DNA of 64,000 nucleotides from contig CM060734.1 in the NCBI GenBank assembly GCA_030704615.1, positions 25,234,001 to 25,298,000 of the forward strand. The letters are read 5' to 3'. The stretch is from Takakia lepidozioides (taxonomy: Eukaryota > Plantae > Bryophyta). Each line of letters opens with the position of its first letter. The stretch's first letter is position 1. The notes under the pieces were generated by a model, which was not told the origin of the DNA, searched no databases, and worked only from the letters and a program-made list of their open reading frames with translations. Positions 14,714 to 27,900 of this stretch are shown here, one piece after another. The position numbers were made by a program, and so were the translations under genes.

Positions 14714-15463
14714 CACAGGTGAGCCTTTCATTGACCCCATGTCTCTTCGCTCAGGTACGGAATCCTGGTACTATCCCTTTGCTCAATATCCAGGACTGGG
14801 CACTTTCAGACAAAAAGGAAGAGACTCTTCAATTTATGTTTCCATGCGTGTCGATCTCCGTTCTCCTCATATGCGCTCGGTGATGGCCCTGGCAGCTCTG
14901 TCCCTCTCAATCCAAGCAAAGAGAGGATCTGATTGTGGTCTGACAAGCTATTGTGCTTCTGCCTTCCATCATGTATGGCATAAAGGCTATCTATCAGGAC
15001 CCATATGTGGCAAACCTCCCCAGACGAGTAAAGTTCGGACTACAAGGACGTGTAGAGTGTTTCACGATATCTGGAGTCCGGCAGCAACCAGCAGTCCACC
15101 AGTCAGCTAAAGAATGCTCTCATGACCGCAACTCTGGTAGGTATGCTCCACAGAAGATCCGAGAGTCATACACTGGCAATCAATGCAGAATTTCGCCTCA
15201 TCGAATGCAATCAAGCATGGAGTTGTCTGTGTGGGCCCCAGGGATGCATTGCCTTTGAGAAAAGCAAGGAAGCATTCTCGGGCATATGCTTCAGAATCCA
15301 GACTTGAAGAAGACGCGGAGCGTGAGCAACGGTCAGAAGGATGTACCGATACGTCTGCACAGGTCTATTCGTCTATTCTCTGTTTCCTCAGCGCCCACCG
15401 GCTGTATCTGGTGAAGGCACCGTTTGTTGTTTGAATGTTTGAACACTTCTTGGAGCTTCACTG

Positions 15464-16887
15464 CCGTACTTACCTAGCTTATTAGCCACTTCCGCGCCTA
15501 CTAATTAATAAAAATGAAATATTATTAGGCAGATTCGTTTTTATTATTTAGGCACCTCACCTAAGTAATTTCCAAACATTAGGCATGTATTACAGTCGAC
15601 CCTGGATAAATGTTATCTCCTTTTTTGTTATGTCACCCTCAATGTTATGAAATAGTTGCTCTGTAAAAATTTACACTTGAAAATGGCATGACGAGCATTA
15701 CAAACATGCAATATCGAGGATGATGATATTCCTCACCTTAACCCTTAAGTTCCCAAGCCCTTTTTTGACTTTTTACCAATTTTGGTACCGTAGTAAATTG
15801 CCCCTAAAAACCTACCAAAAGTCATCCAGAGATTCCAGCCTTATAGCAATGGGCCCAGCTCATTTATGCATGACATACCAAAAAATGAGCCAAGTCCACA
15901 GTGGAAATTGTGAGATTATAGCGTTGGCCCGGACCTCAAATATGAGGTCCCAAAGAAAAAGTGAGAAAAAAATTGGTTTGACCAAATCAAAACCTAGCTT
16001 TATCCAATTTTGCTTGCCCCAAGACCCACCATTTCCAAATCAATAGTGGAGTGGCTATGACCCCCACTAAATTGCAGGTCCAACTGATTTTTTCACCTAT
16101 GCTTGCTATGCATGCAATTACATGGGGGTTGAAATCTCAAAATTGACAAGAGAAAATGTGCCTCCATATGAAGTAATTTTTTTTCTACAAAATTTTTAAA
16201 AGCCAATGGTGGATGTGTGCATGTAATGCTCACACACCACAAGGTGAAGTGCTTTTTCTAAAATTGCTAATTTTCTGCCAAAAATGGCCTTTGGAGTGCA
16301 ATCTGTTTTGGGCTTGTTTACCTGCCACATCAGCGGTCAACAAGCCCTTTTCAAGCCCCAAAACGTAGATGAGAGATCTAAGATATTTTTTCTAGGTCGT
16401 AGCTTTTGTTTTTTTTTAATTTTGTTTTTTGCATCATACTCTAGACAAATCCCTTGTCATTAAAGCTTCAGGAGTGGCCCCATCAGATTAGATCTGCAAA
16501 AATTATGTCCAATTGCAAATTCAAAGTGACCCAATTCAGGTCGCTTGGGAACTTAAGGGTTAACATTCTCAGATTCAGAAGCTTCACATGAGATAGGTGA
16601 TGAGACTTAGGAGGATATAGTTGCATCAATGCAGGGCCCTTTGGAAGTTGTGTGGACATGTACTTTTAAATAGTAGGTATTTTTGCCATTTTTTGGACTT
16701 TAAATAATACAATTTAGGCATTTTTTCCACATATTTGGACATTTTGGTATTTTTCATAATTTTCAAGCAATTAGGCACTTCTCAAGAATTCTTACCAAGT
16801 TTTAGGCACATTTTCCAAAAATGTACTAAATTTAATTAGGCACTTGATTTTGAATTAATTATTGCCTAATAAGCTAGGTGAGTACGG
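15464..16887. mobile_element. Non-autonomous Tc1/mariner-like element carrying a nested insertion
   Basis: TIR CCGTACT(T/C)ACCTAGCTTATTAG at both ends, TA at right flank (TG at left), internal ATTAGGCA motifs shared with the MITEs at 2288 and 3760. Confidence 0.8.
15742..16559. mobile_element. Non-autonomous piggyBac-like element (TTAA TSD)
   Basis: TTAA at 15738-41 and 16560-63 flank a perfect 17-bp TIR CCCTTAAGTTCCCAAGC / GCTTGGGAACTTAAGGG. CCC...GGG ends with TTAA duplication are the piggyBac signature. Confidence 0.8.
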
Positions 16888-17110
16888 TATTGAACTCAAG
16901 ATTGTTTTTGTTTATGTTTTACACTTTTAAGAGAAGGGGAAGGGAGCCTTGGTGTCAAAAATAACAGAGTCATAGAGCCATGAGCACAAATTTGAAAGTT
17001 CTCAGCACATTCTCATTTAGCCATAATATATCCTATGGATATTCCTAGAACATGTGGAATATCCTTTTATGTTCACCAAAACATGCTCACCCCTTACCCA
17101 ACCTCGTCGC

Positions 17111-17345
17111 TTTTTTTTTTTTTTCTTTTTTTTTAAAGGAAAGGGAAACACACCTGGGAGCGACAGCTCACAAATCAGGCCCCTTAGTAGTGAGAGGAGA
17201 AAATAACCTCTTTCATTTATACGCCATGGAGGCGAATGAGTGGGACACCACCCAGGAACCATACCACGCGCGTCAGTAGCAAGATGTGACCCCAGAATCA
17301 TCTGGGTGGCACTCAGTGCACTTAACCAACCGAGCTACTAACTGT
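17111..17345 (-). mobile_element. tRNA-derived SINE
   Basis: Minus strand begins with A-box TAGCTCGGTTGGTTAAG and a degenerate B-box GGGTCACATC about 35 nt later. It ends in a poly(A) tail (poly-T at 17111-17134). Confidence 0.7.
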
Positions 17346-17402
17346 TGGTCTTCCTTATCTTTGTCATGCTCCATGTTACTGTACTTTCAAATCAAATGAT
17401 AT

Positions 17403-19140
17403 TTGATAAACTGCCCCATTAAGTCAGTCCCAAAAATCACTCAAAGCTGGAACAACGATACAGGGAGCTCTCATTCAGACTCCAAGAAGTCGCGGGGTCC
17501 GGATGCTCAAGAGACACCAAGACGCATGGAAATTGCTAGCTCTCCCGGCACGCCACAACTATGGCTGGGCCACCCCACACTGAAGCTGCGAACGACACGG
17601 AGCTGCCAGTTATTACAGAGACAAGGTCGTCGTTTGAACTCCAAAATCCACGAGCTGCGCTTTTGTCTCAAAGCGTTTCTGCACGTCCCCCAACTTCTCT
17701 TCCAAGCAGCGAGATCAGACGGGAGGGAAGGACGATTCTACCCGCTAACCCAGCTTCCCAAAGGCACCAAAATAGACCCTGAATCAGGCCTCCCAGCAGA
17801 GCCTTATCACATCATGATCCGCTTTGACCGAGACACGGAGATGCCCAAGGAGCAAGCCCTCTATCGGGCCAAGAAACGTTTCGAGGAAATGAACATCCCT
17901 CTCAGATCCAGAATGTACTCTCCTATTATGGCCTACTCTAAACACGCCAGCCAACTATGGTCGGGTCTTCTCAAAGTCGAATTACTGCACCCCTCCACGG
18001 ATGGTCTAGCGTTGCTGAAGGGAGACCGCCCCTTTGTAATGCAGATCATGGCATCAGGAGTATTAGCACAAGGTAAAGTGGAGAGGCCGTTTGACCTCCT
18101 CGCCTCATCGGATTACCTGTCACTTTACATGATAAGCGAAGCCCTTGAGGGCACGATTGGCAGCAAGCTCACCATGCACCTTATTATAGAGACTTACACA
18201 CATGGGGACAAATTTGAAATTCTCTACGTTCACAAGGCTAGCCCGGAATCTAAGTACTGTTTTATTTACCTGGCAGCTGATGACACCAAGCAGAGAATGC
18301 TGGTTCAAGGGGTCCGTGTTGGACACACATTGATCAAACCTCAACTCCGAATCCGAAAGACCAGCCATGACGGGTATCTCTGCAACACCCCAGGAAGCGG
18401 TCGCTGAACAAGATGCTCTGACACTGATCGTGAAGGGCCTGAACCCGCTGCACTCTCAAGCAGAAATAGAGGCCGCTCTCTCTTCGGCAAAGACAACATC
18501 CTGCAGCTATATTTCAACAGAGTCACTCCAACCGAGAAGAAAAAACACACTGGTATGGTCCTCATAACCTGCAAAAACCCGAGTATCTATACACAGTGGT
18601 GTCATAAGCCACATATACTGGTAATTGATCGCCACATCAAGTTCGAGCCGCACTCCAACGAAATCCTTGAGCGACTCGGGGTTGCCAACATAAATCAGGC
18701 TCTGGCAGATACCGTCAATTCACTTAGCATCAAGTCTATCTCGAGTACTAAGCAGATGACGATACTATGATGTCCGAGATAGATAAAAGGCTAGAGGCGC
18801 ATGGTATCTCTATCAAGACCGACATCAAGGGCGACTTGGTGGCTAGGGTCACCTCCACCATTGCAGCACAACAGGAAGAGAACCATTCATGATCACTCTA
18901 CAGGATACAATCACCAAAAACCTTGGAGCCAATTTGGCTAACTTTTACAACCATGCCAACTTGGTGCTCGACAAACTGCCTCCACCCCCTGGTATGATTA
19001 ACCTCCCTGCAGGCCATGGTGACCCAAGCAACACGACAGGTATGCAGACCGGGAGTTACAAGCCAATGGCCCTAATCGAGCTTCAGCGCATTGATCCGCC
19101 CCGGGGGACCTGGGACCTCTGCAAGCTCACTATGGGCTAA
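17403..19140 (+). mobile_element. LINE ORF1-like coding region, frameshifted
   Basis: 334-aa ORF plus overlapping frames to 19140 (WSGLLKVELLHPSTDGLALLKGDRPF..., TLIVKGLN, VLITCKNPSIYTQW), ending in a coiled-coil-like tail. It sits directly next to LINE ORF2 debris. The assignment is contextual. Confidence 0.5.
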
Positions 19141-20149
19141 AGCACCCAACACCGCGTCACCGGCCCCCCAGCTTACTCTTATCAACAGCTCGGCTACGGG
19201 CATCTCCCCTGTGTTTACCGATGCTACCAATGCGTAAACAAACGGCAGGCACTCTCAAAACGGCCGCAAGTCAAGTATCACTCTACACCTACCAGCAGTC
19301 AGCTTGCTCTCCCAACATGCGGATACCCTCATTACTCTTTCTACTCTCTCTTTTGCTGACCTTGCATGGTCTCTATGTACTCTCCCCCGCATCTAAACAA
19401 TACCAAAGTTGTGTCCCCCAAACTCCACTACTCCCTGTCTGTTTGCGCAATGCTTGTCACCACCAGTCTACAATCCCTGACTATGCTCTCCACCTCTATC
19501 GCTACTTCTGTCTTCCTGAGCTCTCAGATACACACAACTACACACTACTCTCTCACTCGCGCGGACACGATCAACGCTGTCACTCTCCCACACCGTTTGC
19601 TGTAATACAAAAATTCCTAATCTCACCTACCTGCAATCCAAATTCAAAATACACCAGTACTCGATGCACCCCCATCCTCCCGCCGTCGCCATCTGGCAGT
19701 TCATGACCGCCACCTCACACACTCATTGTACCCTCACCCCCTGCTCACCCGCGCTCATTCATCCATCCACTGTACTTCATCCATCTGGACAGAACCCACC
19801 CACCTGCCACCAAGTTCATCCATCTGGACAGTATTCACCCACCCACCACTGAGATCATCCATCCACCTGATACCATACACGGCCCTTCATCCGCTGCAGA
19901 CTGCCACCCTCCCCCTTGTAGCAGAGCCCCCTTTACACAAACAAATGAATGAACTTCATCCACATCCACTGCCCAAAAATCTACTCATGCCCATCCCCCT
20001 ACCCACACAGCTACATACACACCACTACCAAGTGGCAGTGTCTAACCTCCACTACATCCATACTTTACACACACAACCCCCCCCCCCGGGGTCATCCTGC
20101 CCACTCACCCACACCTCCTCTAGTTATCATCCGCCCGTCAAAACAATCA

Positions 20150-20380
20150 TCCATAAATAGTAGGATGGTCCGGCTGTGCTTCCAGAGGTGTGGAATACTT
20201 GTAGTATGGCGTTCGGAATGAGGTCTGGGCATGGGGCCTTAGAGCGGGATAACGCTTTTAGGCAAGAGTGATACAGGTCTATCATGAAGAGGTCTAAAAT
20301 ACGGTCGGCGGAGGAGCCTCGCTTTTCTAGTGAGAAGCCATCTAGATCGTGCCATGGGTAGTGTTTGACTTTGCAAAGGC
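20150..20380 (-). mobile_element. LINE reverse transcriptase N-terminal fragment
   Basis: Minus strand reads CLKALSRSKAPCPDLIPNAILQ...WKHSRTILL, matching the KAPGPDG.P / W..S.TILL motifs of non-LTR RT domain 0-1. Confidence 0.65.
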
Positions 20381-23300
20381 AGAGAGAGAGAGAGAGAGAG
20401 GACTCCGGCCGAAGCCGGCGTAACTAAGAGCCACTTCGTCTTGCGGCTACTGCCCCCTTTCGGGGGTGGGCCTTATAAAAGAAGGGTGTCATGTGGGACA
20501 CCAGGTGACTGTAGAAAATAGGGGAGTCGGTGGTACCATTGGGGACCTAGGGTGCGATTGAAGCGCCGGATTCCAATTGGCGTTTGTTGGTGATAATAGC
20601 TGTGAGTGAACGGAGTGCCGTGGTATAAATTGCTTTGAAGCATTTGTGGATGGGAAGAATGGGAATTTTGAAGTTATCGTGAATGTCACCTCGAGTACCA
20701 GCGGTGATGACGGTTAGCGGGCCGGTTTTCCAGCCACGTCTTCAGATTGCAAGGAGAAGCGGTGCATATTTTTGACATTTTTCTAGGATTGAGTCGTTGG
20801 GGTATCGATCATGACAAAATGTGAATTCAATGAAATGAATGGTGAATTGTGGTGATGGTGAGGTGGGTGGTGGAGTGTTAATGGGTAGGCCTTGTACAAG
20901 AAGTATGTCCAGACAAAGCCTAGCGGGGCATGAGCATGGTGAACGGGTACATATGCATGGTAGCAGCCACGGTGGCACAGTGTGGTCGGGCGGCCGACCT
21001 TGGTAGGTGTCAGCGTTCAGGAGCGAGAACCATCGGGTTTCAGCATGTTTGAGAAAGAGTTTATGGAGATGCCAGACTGCTTGGTTATGTTGTGTGATAT
21101 GAAGGTCATGTATGATCGGGTGCGTACATTGGCTGAGGAGATGTGGCCAAGTGTCACAAGCTTGGTGAGTGTTTGAACATAATGGACAATATGGGGATGG
21201 GAACAGATGTGGCCAGAAGATGTGTTTGAGCTGGTGGCCCATGTATTGGGCGTATCTGAATTTGAATGTTTGTTGGATTTATGCGTCAGTGGTAACTTTG
21301 GTTAGCCAGAAATGATTTGAGAGTTTATGGTGCAATACATTGGATTGAGTCCATTTTTGGATGTGTACTTTGGTATGGCTGATGGAAGCTGTAGCTTGTT
21401 TATTTGCTTCTCTGGTCAGAGTGGTCAGAAGGTTTCGGACTGGTCTAGGTGCAGGGGGGTCCGGGACGGGGTGTATAAACCAGAAGGGGTGGGTGTGGGC
21501 GATGTGGATAGGGTTGTTCGTGGGTTCAGCTGTGGGTTGGGAGGCGCCGTGTTGAGCGAGTAGGTCTGCCTTCTCATTACCATGAATGCCAGTGTGCGAA
21601 CGGACTTTGAGTAGATGGAACTGGCCGTTCGGACGATGGCGGCAATGAGATTGCGGTCGAGGTGATGATGATGGGAAGAAGGGTGGGAGATGTGGTTTCG
21701 GATAAGATATAGAGAGGTGAGGCTATCAGTGAAGATATAGTATTGGGGGGGGGGGAGGTATCAAGTAGGGAGAGAGCGTCGTGGATAGCCATGAGCTCAG
21801 CTCTTAGAATAGTGGCAGGGCCATGGAGCCGGAGGGCAACACCCCGACCGCTGCCGGCGTGATAAATTCCATACCCTGCATTAGGTTTGGTGAGGGATCC
21901 ATTAGTGTAGTGTGAGTTTGCCGGGGGATACTTAAGGGTGGTGTTTTGCATATATATTGGGAGGATGGGGGGAGGGGGTGTTGTTGGTATTACCTGGGGG
22001 GGGAGGGGGCGGTTGCGCCATGCCCCAGGTTTTGTTTGTTTTAATCCGGGGAGATGTGGTGGTTATGTTGGTGTGGGGGGTTATATCTGGGTAATGGATG
22101 GTGGCCTTCATTTTATGAGTTGTGGTTAGCAACTGTTCAAGCTGGTGAAAAAAATGTGTCGGTATGTCTGTATGGAGGGGGTGTTGGACGTGTAGAATCA
22201 GAGTTAGGGTAGGTTCTTTCTGTTTGAGGTACTTGGGAAGAGGAGGGGTATGAACATATTTAAGCTGATTTGGGTCAATTGTGGCGAGTAGATTGACTCA
22301 TCACTAGCCACCATGGTGGTGTCGGTTATCTGGATGGGTGACTGTGTTTGATATAGTGTTAAGTATGTCGGGTATGAGGGGGCGGTCGTCGATATGTGAG
22401 GGCATATACAAATGTATGAGGGTAATAGGGCATAATGCTGGTGGGTGTAATTGGATGATCTGGAGGGGGATAGGTATGGTTATTTTAGTGGTTGTGCATG
22501 AGAGTGGTGTGTTTGTATGTGCATAACGGCGTGAGAGACATTGTTGGGCTGTTGGGGGATTACTATATAAGAGGTAGTAATCTGGTAGAAGTTTATTTAT
22601 GTAGGAACTGCTAGTGTTGTGCGTATGTAGCTTGGTTTCTTGTAAGAGGAAGATATGTGGTTGCAAGGATTCGGCGAAAAGATGGAGTAAGCTTTGGATA
22701 CTAGTGGACAGAGCTCCTACATTCCAAGAGGTGATAGTAAGTGCGGTGGTGCCAATACCCGGGGTGTTGGGCGCGCGGTTGGAAGGACGGGTGGAGGGGG
22801 GTACCTCGGGTGGGGTCGGCGCTATTGTGGGGGGGGGGGGGTCGTATCCTGGTATCGGGGTGACGGCTTTAAGTGTGGCAGAGATGATATCTTGGGATAG
22901 GAAGGGGAATATATTGGTGATTAGGTGATGGGCTTGATTGGGTGAGGGTGATGTTACGAGGTGGTCTTCGAGAATTTTATGTACCACTCCTGTGCTGGAG
23001 TTTAAGAGGTTGAGGGAGTTGTGGATCTCGGATAAGTAGTGTGGGGGGGCCAAACAGTTATGGGGAGCGGGGGCAGCTTTTGTAATTGATGTAGGAGAAA
23101 GCGGATTTGTGAGATGGAGCGGGAGTGGAGATATCCATTACAAGTTTCAAGGAGGGGGGAGATAGTTACGATAAGGGAGAAGATGAGATGTGATGTGGGG
23201 AACTTTTTGAGTTTGTGGAGGGCTTTAGAGAGGGCTGGGTAGCAGCTCGCGGGTAGTCCAAAGGTTGCGGGGTGGTGATAATAGTGTTTGGATTTACTTG

Positions 23301-23700
23301 GAAATAAAGGATGGTGCCCATGCGGGCCATGAGTAATGTACTCGAGTTGGTGGTGAATATGGTGAAGTATTTTGAGGGTTTGCGAATTAGTGGGGTGTGG
23401 CGGAATTATATGATGAGGGGGGTAGTGATCAAGAGCTAAGATGGTGGAGCTGGTGGCTGTTGCATATATAGGGGGGATGTAGTGAAGGTGAGGTATTTGG
23501 GTAGTTCTATTGGTGTACCATGATTGGGGTAGAGGTTGTGCCATGTAAGTGGGAGGGATTTTCAAACGTGGGGATGGATGTGCCAATGGCTTTGGATTGG
23601 ATGGATGAAGAGTATCCATCTGTTCGTGTAGGTGTGGTGTCCTCACGTGGATTGACGGTATTCGTGAGTACGCGGTCGAGTATGGAGGTGTGTGCAGCAC
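20381..23700 (-). mobile_element. Dualen/RandI-type LINE, minus-strand part: APE endonuclease, RNase H, CCHC + restriction-like endonuclease, 3' end
   Basis: APE: ITSWNVGAL...IFLLQETKL (~22304-22760). RNase H: YTNGS...TILRAELMAIHDAL...IFTDSL (~21600-21950). RLE: CPLC..DTWPHLLSQC, HNQAV, RLCLDIL, FIEFTFC, KCQKY (~20690-21300). A hairpin-rich 3' UTR (20401-20475) is followed by a (TC)10 tail. Confidence 0.8.
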
Positions 23701-25326
23701 CACCAGACAAATCCAATATGTCATATCTGCCCTTGAAGACGCGAAACTCACTAAATAAGATATCTATTTCCTTTGCATTGACTTCAAAAACGCCTTGGGA
23801 TCCCTTGACCATCCCCGCGTATTGGCTGTTATGGCCGACCTGGGATACCCTATAGATGCAATACAACTTATTGGTAACATTTACACCAACAGCACTACCG
23901 AATACTTCGGCTCTTACTATGGTTCCACCCCCCCCAATTCATATCCTACGAGGCACCATCCAAGGTGACACACTGAGCCCCTACCTATTTATCATTTTCC
24001 TTGAACCCTTGTTAAGATGGTTAGCTCGCGGTAACCTGGGGTACCAATATAAAACCTCCCCCAATGACATCTCAGCAGCCGCTTATGCTGACGACCTCGT
24101 CATTCCTGCACACAAACCACAGCATCTCAATCGCTAGGTTGACAAATTATCCCGCTTCAACCAGTGGTCTGGGATGCAACTATGCCTACACAAATGCGTG
24201 GTCATTGCAGCCACTCATCGTAGCAAGCTCACAAAATCCACAATAGCCTCCCATTGCAAACTCCACATACACTATCAACAAAAACCCTTCCCCTTCCTGG
24301 GCCCGGATGAACCCTACACACCCCCGCTCCCTCTTGTGTCACCCGACAACCTCTTGTACCCTTGATTGCGACCTTCCGTGCTCACTCTTCCCGCATAGCA
24401 AACAAGACACACATGCACGCCATCCCTTGGGCATCCCTCCCCCTTCCCCACACACCCCATCTCCTTCCCCCTCCCCCCAATGCCGACTCAAGTTACTCCC
24501 CGACCACCCCTCCTAGCCCCCCGATTACCCCTCCGCTTAACCCCTCCCTAACCAACCCTAACCACCCCGAGGCCTATGTCATTGATGCTATCCTCGGCAT
24601 CAAAACCCAAACCTCGCTTGACGCATTTGGCGCCACTTGTATTGACACATACCACCTATGTAAATGGACTGGCTTCCCTGAATAAGACAATACTTGGCAA
24701 ATAGAAGAAGACCTTTTTGGTTCTCATGATGACTGCAACCTAGTCCATAATCGCGACCTACTCACCAAATTCCACAAACTAACGAACACCAATTATTTAG
24801 CACACTCCTACCAACACCATGTCTCCCAAACCCAACTGACCGACGTTCATCACATCCGTATTCCTCTAGCCTTAAGTATTCAGATACATACCTTAGAATG
24901 TAACCCAGACAAAGATATTAAGCATGCTTCCCGAGACCCCTATCATATGCCCCAATCTTAGATCGTCCAAAATCTACACACTCAACGGCAGCTTCATTGG
25001 GACAATCTCCAATGTCAAGCTCGCCTGGTTCTGGACCAGATATTCCGCTACCACCCCACACACGAGCCTACAACCCCGAAAGCAAGACTTCACCACAGAG
25101 GTCTGATGGCTTGTTGACCGATATCTACGAGATATCCCCCCAAAGAAAACCCCGCTCCCTCAACAAGCTAGTGCAAGCCTATACCCATAGCTCCATCCTG
25201 CCTGACATCCTCAACTTGCTCATCACCTCATTCCAACTTGCACACTCATACTACTCAAGCCCGCTCATATGCCCCCTTGAGCTCTCATCTTATGACAGGC
25301 CGCACCCTCGGGATTGCATATTCGGC
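23700..25326 (+). mobile_element. Same LINE family, inverted segment: RT core, chromodomain-like and PCIF1-like segments
   Basis: IDFKNA, RGTIQGDTLSPYLF and AYADDL (23750-24110). YVIDAILG...HLCKWTGFPE*DNTWQIEEDL (24570-24720) is chromodomain-like. YSSPLICP...PRDCIFG (25240-25325) resembles the FASPLN...D..FG motif of PCIF1-type methyltransferases. Internal deletions and stops are present. Confidence 0.75.
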
Positions 25327-25569
25327 CTAGTTATCCCGACGTGACGTGTCGTGACATCTGACGTGCGTCACGTCACGTCGAAACCGGACGTTTATCCATG
25401 TAATTTTTTTTACATTTGACTTTTACGATTTATTTCTACCATTTCTAATGACATGGCAGCCACGGTGTAAAACACACGTGGATAATTATTAATATTTAAT
25501 AATTCCTTTTTAAAAAAATACGATTGTCCATATTGGTGGTCGTTTGTAATTTATTATTTTTTAAATGAA

Positions 25570-26290
25570 GCGACCGCCATTGGCGATCGCTTCTAATTGT
25601 TTTTTTAAAATGAAGCGTCACAGGTGGTCTCCTCTAATTTTTTTAATTTTTTTAAATGCAGCGACCGCCATTGGCAGTCGGTGCTTTTTGTTTTTTTAAT
25701 GTAGCGACCGCCATCCAGTAGTCGCTCATTTTTAGTTTTTAGAAAATTGAGCGACCGCCGTGTGGCGGTCGCTGTTATTACATAATTGTTTTTAAAGAAA
25801 TGAAGCGACCGCCACAAGGGCGGTCGCTCTTTTTTGTTTTTTAAAAAATATAGCGACAGTCGTGTGGCGGTCGCCTTTTATCCTAATTTGGGTTTTTTTA
25901 AGAAATTAAGCGACTGCCAGGCGGCAGTCACTCTTTTTCCCAAATTTGTTTTTCAAGAAATGAAGCGACCGCCAAGCGGGCAGTCGCTCTTTTTTGTTTT
26001 TTAAACAATTTAGCGACCTCTATGTGGCGGTCGTTCTTTTCCCTAATTTGGGGTTTCTTAAAAAATGAAGCGACCGCCACAAGGGCGGTCGTTTTTTTTG
26101 TTTTTTTTTAAATTAGGTGACCGCCGTGTGGCGGTCGTTCTTTTCCCTAATTTGGGTTTTTTAAGAAATGAAGCAACAGCCACAATGGCGGTTGCTGCTT
26201 TTTGTATATTTGAAATATTACGCGACCGCCAAATGGCAGTCGTTTTTTTGTTTTTTTGTTAAATAAAGCGACTGCAGTTTGGCGGTCGCT
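25570..26290. repeat. Array of ~15 palindromes GCGACCGCC-N3-5-GGCGGTCGC in A/T-tract spacers
   Basis: Units seen at about 25570, 25660, 25704, 25750, 25805, 25853, 25910, 25964, 26013, 26070, 26117, 26173, 26222 and 26268, spaced mostly 45-57 bp. A 12-bp-stem hairpin at 25338-25380 precedes them, at the point where the LINE is interrupted. Confidence 0.9.
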
Positions 26291-27589
26291 TCTTTTATAT
26301 ATCTAAAAAAATGCAGTGATGGTACTAAATTCATCCACGCTCCTCACAAGTGCAGCAGACTCATTTCCCATCGGGCCGAGAGTCCACCGGACCACCAGTC
26401 CAGTGGACTATTCGCTTTGCTGAGGCGAAGCGGCTTCATATTGGAGGCACTTCCCTGCCAGCGGAATGAAGACAAAAGAGAGTAAGGGGAGAACAGGAAA
26501 GTCGAACACACCCATTGCGGACAGACTCGCGGCACAACAGACTGATGCATGCACAGTCCAACAGACTGATATCCATAGAGGAGAACTGTCCAGCAGACGG
26601 ACGTTTCGCCAGACTGGCGGGAGAACAAGCCAAAAGACTGACCGGAGGGAAAATAAGAAGTCAAACAGACTTAGTGCAACAGACTTCCGACACAACAGAC
26701 TGACAAATTCACAAGTGCAACAGACTGATATCCCAACAGACGGACTTCCAGCAGACCGCCTCCAAACTGACTGTTATGCACGCGATAAGGGGAATATCCG
26801 GAGCACTGACGGGCCAGCGGACCCACTGTGAACAGACTCGCGACACAACGGACCTCAAACATCCACGCGCATTTGCATATGCAATTGTCTCAGACATCTC
26901 CCGTCGTGGATGGTGTTCCGTGACGACTCGAATTGTTTTTTTGTGCTGCCATCCCTTACATAATACCATGTGGATCCATCACAAAGCTGGGTTTCTTCAG
27001 ATTCTCCACCCTTTTCCACAACTTATGCACGACGGATGCAAGCCGCTATACTTGGTCATATAAACAGTCCCATCGTCCGATACGAAATCTGCAATACACG
27101 CCCCCATGTGCATACGCTTCCACCATTTTCGCGCCCATGTTACCCATAGGTTCCTTTAACGAAATAAACTTGTGAAGGCTCTCATGAGGGATGCAGTACG
27201 AAGGGGCTAAACGTATCATGACGGATCACAAGCAAAGGACGTTATCGACGACAGATGTCCGCATTTTCCATATTTATGACATAGAACCAAACCATAAAAC
27301 AAATATTCCCAAAAGCACAACAAAAAGGCAAAAATAGTGGAAGCATATGCACGATGGTGGCTGTAGTGCCCAGACAGTCCTCTCATGTTCAAGCACACGC
27401 TTCATCATCATCATGAACATCGCGCGCAAAAGGGGAACAGTCGCGTGCATGGAAACGCCTACCGCAACATCGGACAACAAACAGCCGTCAAAAGAGAGCG
27501 GCCGGGATTTGGTGGGAAGATCATTGCCATTTTTGCAGCCCTAAAAATGGAGGGCTCGGATGGGTTATGGGAATGGACGGTGGCGATCC

Positions 27590-27900
27590 TGCGCCGTCAG
27601 CGGACTGGATGGCAGGGGACTGGCCAGCGGACTGGCGGGCAGACTGGAAGACTGGCAGACTGCTGGGCAGCGGACTGGCCAGCACCGGACTGGTGGGCAG
27701 AATGGCGGACTGGCAGACTGCTGGGCAGCCGACTGGCCAGCAGCGGACTGGCAGACTGGAGGGCAGCGGACTCATGGGCGGGGGACTGGCCGCGCGGCGG
27801 ACGGGGGCGCGGGCGCGGTTGCTGCAGCCGCGCCCGCGACTGGGCGACCGCGCGCAGCGGCGGGCGGGGCGGGCGGGGCGGGCGGGAGCCGGGCGTCCGT
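27590..27900. repeat. GC-rich low-complexity GGACTGGC/GGGC repeats
   Basis: Repeated GGACTGGCAG / GCAGCGGACTGG followed by GGGCG runs. Confidence 0.75.

Noticed and set aside
14750-15434. Plus-strand ORFs upstream of the phosphatase
   Set aside because: Short overlapping frames with no recognisable domain.
17280-17345. Functional tRNA
   Set aside because: The B-box is degenerate and the sequence continues into a body and poly(A) tail, so it is a SINE head.
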